This document shows positions 60,270-64,000 of a stretch of DNA of 64,000 bases, one piece after another. The translations under genes and the position numbers were made by a program. How positions within the stretch are numbered: position 1 is the first letter of the stretch; every line of letters begins with the position of its first letter. A model generated the notes under the pieces. It had not been told where the DNA came from. It saw only the letters and a list, made by a program, of their open reading frames with translations, and searched no databases. The stretch lies in NCBI GenBank assembly GCA_964016885.1, contig OZ024753.1:39494001-39558000 (forward strand), given 5' to 3'. Source of the DNA: Eledone cirrhosa. Lineage: Eukaryota.

Positions 60270-63158
60270 ACAGAAAGAGAAGGCTGGTGTGACAAACAGA
60301 CAGACTGTCAGACAGAGAGAAACTGACTGAGATAGACAGAAAGAGAAGGCTGGTGTGACAAACAGACAGACAGACTGTCAGACAGAGAGAAACTGACTGA
60401 GATAGACAGAAAGAGAAGGCTGGTGTGACAAACAGACAGACAGACTGTCAGACAGAGAGAAACTGACTGAGATAGACAGAAAGAGAAGGCTGGTGTGACA
60501 AACAGACAGACAGACTGTCAGACAGAGAGAAACTGACTGAGATAGACAGAAAGAGAAGGCTGGTGTGACAAACAAACAGACAGACTGTCAGACAGAGAGA
60601 AACTGACAGAGATAGACAGAAAGAGAAGACTGGTGTGACAAACAGACAGACAGACTGTCAGACAGAGAGAAACTGACAGAGATAGACAGAAAGAGAAGGC
60701 TGGTGTGACAAACAAACAGACAGACTGTCAGACAGAGAGAAACTGACAGAGATAGACAGAAAGAGAATGCTGGTGTGACAAACAGACAGACAGACTGTCA
60801 GACAGAGAGAAACTGACAGAGATAGACAGAAAGAGAAGGCTGGTGTGACAAACAGACAGACAGACTGTCAGACAGGGAGAAACTGACAGAGATAGACAGA
60901 AAGAGAAGGCTGGTGTGACAAACAAACAGACAGACTGTCAGACAGAGAGAAACTGACAGAGATAGACAGAAAGAGAAGGCTGGTGTGACAAACAAACAGA
61001 CAGGCTGTCAGACAGAGAGAAACTGACAGAGATAGACAGAAAGAGAAGGCTGGTGTGACAAACAAACAGACAGACTGTCAGACAGAGAGAAACTGACAGA
61101 GATAGACAGAAAGAGAAGGCTGGTGTGACAAACAGACAGACAGACTGTCAGACAGAGAGAAACTGACAGAGATAGACAGAAAGAGAAGGCTGGTGTGACA
61201 AACAGACAGACTGTCAGACAGAGAGAAACTGACAGAGATAGACAGAAAGAGAAGGCTGGTGTGACAAACAAACAGACTGTCAGACAGAGAGAAACTGACA
61301 GAGATAGACAGAAAGAGAAGTCTGGTGTGACAAACAGACAGACAGACTGTCAGACAGAGAGAAACTGACAGAGATAGACAGAAAGAGAAGGCTGGTGTGA
61401 CAAACAGAAAGACAGACTGTCAGACAGAGAGAAACTGACAGAGATAGACAGAAAGAGAAGGCTGGTGTGACAAACAGACAGACTGTCAGACAGAGATAGA
61501 CAGAAAGAGAAGGCTGGTGTGACAAACAGACAGACTGTCAGACAGAGAGAAACTGACAGAGATAGACAGAAAGAGAAGGCTGGTGTGACAAACAGACAGA
61601 CAGGCTGTCAGACAGAGAGTAACTGACAGAGATAGACAGAAAGAGAAGGCTGGTGTGACAAACAGACAGACTGTCAGACAGAGAGAAACTGACAGAGATA
61701 GACAGAAAGAGAAGGCTGGTGTGACAAACAGACAGACAGACTGTCAGACAGAGACAAACTGACAGAGATAGACAGAAAGAGAAGGCTGGTGTGACAAACA
61801 GACAGACAGGCTGTCAGACAGAGAGTAACTGACTGAGATAGACAGAAAGAGAAGGCTGGTGTGACAAACAGACAGACAGGCTGTCAGACAGAGAGTAACT
61901 GACAGAGATAGACAGAAAGAGAAGGCTGGTGTGACAAACAGACAGACAGACTGTCAGACAGAGAGAAACTGACAGAGATAGACAGAAAGAGAAGGCTGGT
62001 GTGACAAACAAACAGACAGACTGTCAGACAGAGAGAAACTGACAGAGATAGACAGAAAGAGAAGGCTGGTGTGACAAACAAACAGACAGACTGTCAGACA
62101 GAGAGAAACTGACAGAGATAGACAGAAAGAGAAGGCTGGTGTGACAAACAGACAGACAGACTGTCAGACAGAGAGAAACTGACAGAGATAGACAGAAAGA
62201 GAAGGCTGGTGTGACAAACAGACAGACAGACTGTCAGACAGAGAGAAACTGACAGAGATAGACAGAAAGAGAAGGCTGGTGTGACAAACAAACAGACAGA
62301 CTGTCAGACAGAGAGAAACTGACAGAGATAGACAGAAAGAGAAGGCTGGTGTGACAAACAGACAGACAGACTGTCAGACAGAGAGAAACTGACAGAGATA
62401 GACAGAAAGAGAAGGCTGGTGTGACAAACAAACAGACAGACTGTCAGACAGAGAGAAACTGACAGAGATAGACAGAAAGAGAAGGCTGGTGTGACAAACA
62501 GACAGACAGACTGTCAGACAGAGAGAAACTGACAGAGATAGACAGAAAGAGAAGGCTGGTGTGACAAACAAACAGACAGACTGTCAGACAGAGAGAAACT
62601 GACAGAGATAGACAGAAAGAGAAGGCTGGTGTGACAAACAGACAGACAGACTGTCAGACAGAGAGAAACTGACAGAGATAGACAGAAAGAGAAGGCTGGT
62701 GTGACAAACAAACAGACAGACTGTCAGACAGAGAGAAACTGACAGAGATAGACAGAAAGAGAAGGCTGGTGTGACAAACAGACAGACAGACTGTCAGACA
62801 GAGAGAAACTGACAGAGATAGACAGAAAGAGAAGGCTGGTGTGACAAACAAACAGACAGACTGTCAGACAGAGAGAAACTGACAGAGATAGACAGAAAGA
62901 GAAGGCTGGTGTGACAAACAGACAGACAGACTGTCAGACAGAGAGAAACTGACAGAGATAGACAGAAAGAGAAGGCTGGTGTGACAAACAAACAGACAGA
63001 CTGTCAGACAGAGAGAAACTGACAGAGATAGACAGAAAGAGAAGGCTGGTGTGACAAACAGACAGACAGACTGTCAGACAGAGAGAAACTGACAGAGATA
63101 GACAGAAAGAGAAGGCTGGTGTGACAAACAAACAGACAGACTGTCAGACAGAGAGAAA
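60270..63158. repeat. 70-bp satellite, ~41 copies, partly with a 140-bp higher-order repeat
   Basis: gacagaaagagaaggctggtgtgacaaaca(a/g)acagacagactgtcagacagagagaaactgacagagata. Confidence 0.97.
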
Positions 63159-63736
63159 GTTAGTGTTAAGGCAAGGATTAAAGAATTCTCACTTAAAAAA
63201 AAAAAAAAAAGATCAACTTTGCAAACACATAATAAAACTGTATTTTTGTTGATGTTGTCGTTGCTGTTGTCGTTGTTTCATTTTGTTTTCTTTACGTAAA
63301 GAAAAAGGGGCAAATAATATTTGCATTAATTCTTCATAAATTTGCTGTAGACTGACTGATAGGAGACCTTCGATAAATTATGCTGGAAGACATGATGGCT
63401 GCCGTTTGAAATAGAAGACATAAGAATGACTAACGTATAACATACTGGTGTAATTTTAGTTTATTTATATATATATTTTTACATTAATTTTAGGTTATTT
63501 TATTCATATTTTATTTTATTTTATTATTTTTCAAAGCCGTTCACTTCAGCTGACGGAATGATGGCGGAATGGTGGAATGGTGGAATGGTGGAATTGTAGA
63601 ATGGTGTGGAATGGTGTAGAATGGTGTGAGGGAATACTGCGTTGCATTTGCACTAAGTCGAATGTGATAAACTATAAGAAATGTCAACACATGTCTGTGT
63701 CTAAAGTCTCTCGTCTCTTCTCGATGTCTCTCCCCC

Positions 63737-63795
<59 letters not shown>

Positions 63796-63898
63796 GTAAG
63801 GCTGGCTAGAGTTGTCCATTGGTACAGAGGAGGAGGGGTGAGAAGAAATAACTGTCAGGAATAAAATAGAGAATAAGAATAAGAGCAGATAGAAATAA

Positions 63899-64000
63899 CG
63901 GTTTCTTATATAGGCACAAGGCCAGCAATGTTGGGGGAGGGGAAAGTCGATTAATCGAACCCAGGTGCGTGACTGGTACTTTATTTTATCGACCCCGTAA
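63899..64000 (-). mobile_element. tRNA-derived SINE 3' half (cut by window edge)
   Basis: ggcacaaggccagcaa...gactggtactttattttatcgaccccgtaa. Confidence 0.85.

Noticed and set aside
60270-63158. CRISPR-like array or repeated 65-aa ORF
   Set aside because: No unique spacers, eukaryotic context; ordinary satellite

Overview
AT-rich, microsatellite-saturated animal non-coding DNA; the SINE types and repeat texture look cephalopod/octopus-like (inference). No host protein-coding gene can be called with confidence, and nearly all ORF-track entries are translations of (TA)n, (CA)n, (GA)n or (GATA)n. The main hidden signal is about 25 type-I hammerhead-ribozyme (HHR)-like motifs (stem I-CUGANGA-stem II-GAAA-short or palindromic stem III-NUH-stem I'). 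They belong to at least 8 sequence families, sit mostly in short cassettes inside (TA)n tracts, and are often arranged as inverted pairs, as expected for Penelope-like element (PLE) terminal repeats or retrozyme-like non-autonomous elements. One family carries a non-canonical CAGAAGA core, and one hairpin has copied neighbouring DNA into its loop. Also present: a full-length U6 retrocopy fused to a retroposon tail, L1/Tx1-like 3' fragments stacked in (GATA)n, RTE-like LINE 3' fragments, more than 20 tRNA-SINE copies, CORE-like SINEs, a TTAA piggyBac-type MITE, many (TA)n-centred fold-back duplications and a homogeneous 70-bp satellite with 140-bp higher-order structure. All alignments and foldings were done by eye; coordinates may be off by a few bases.
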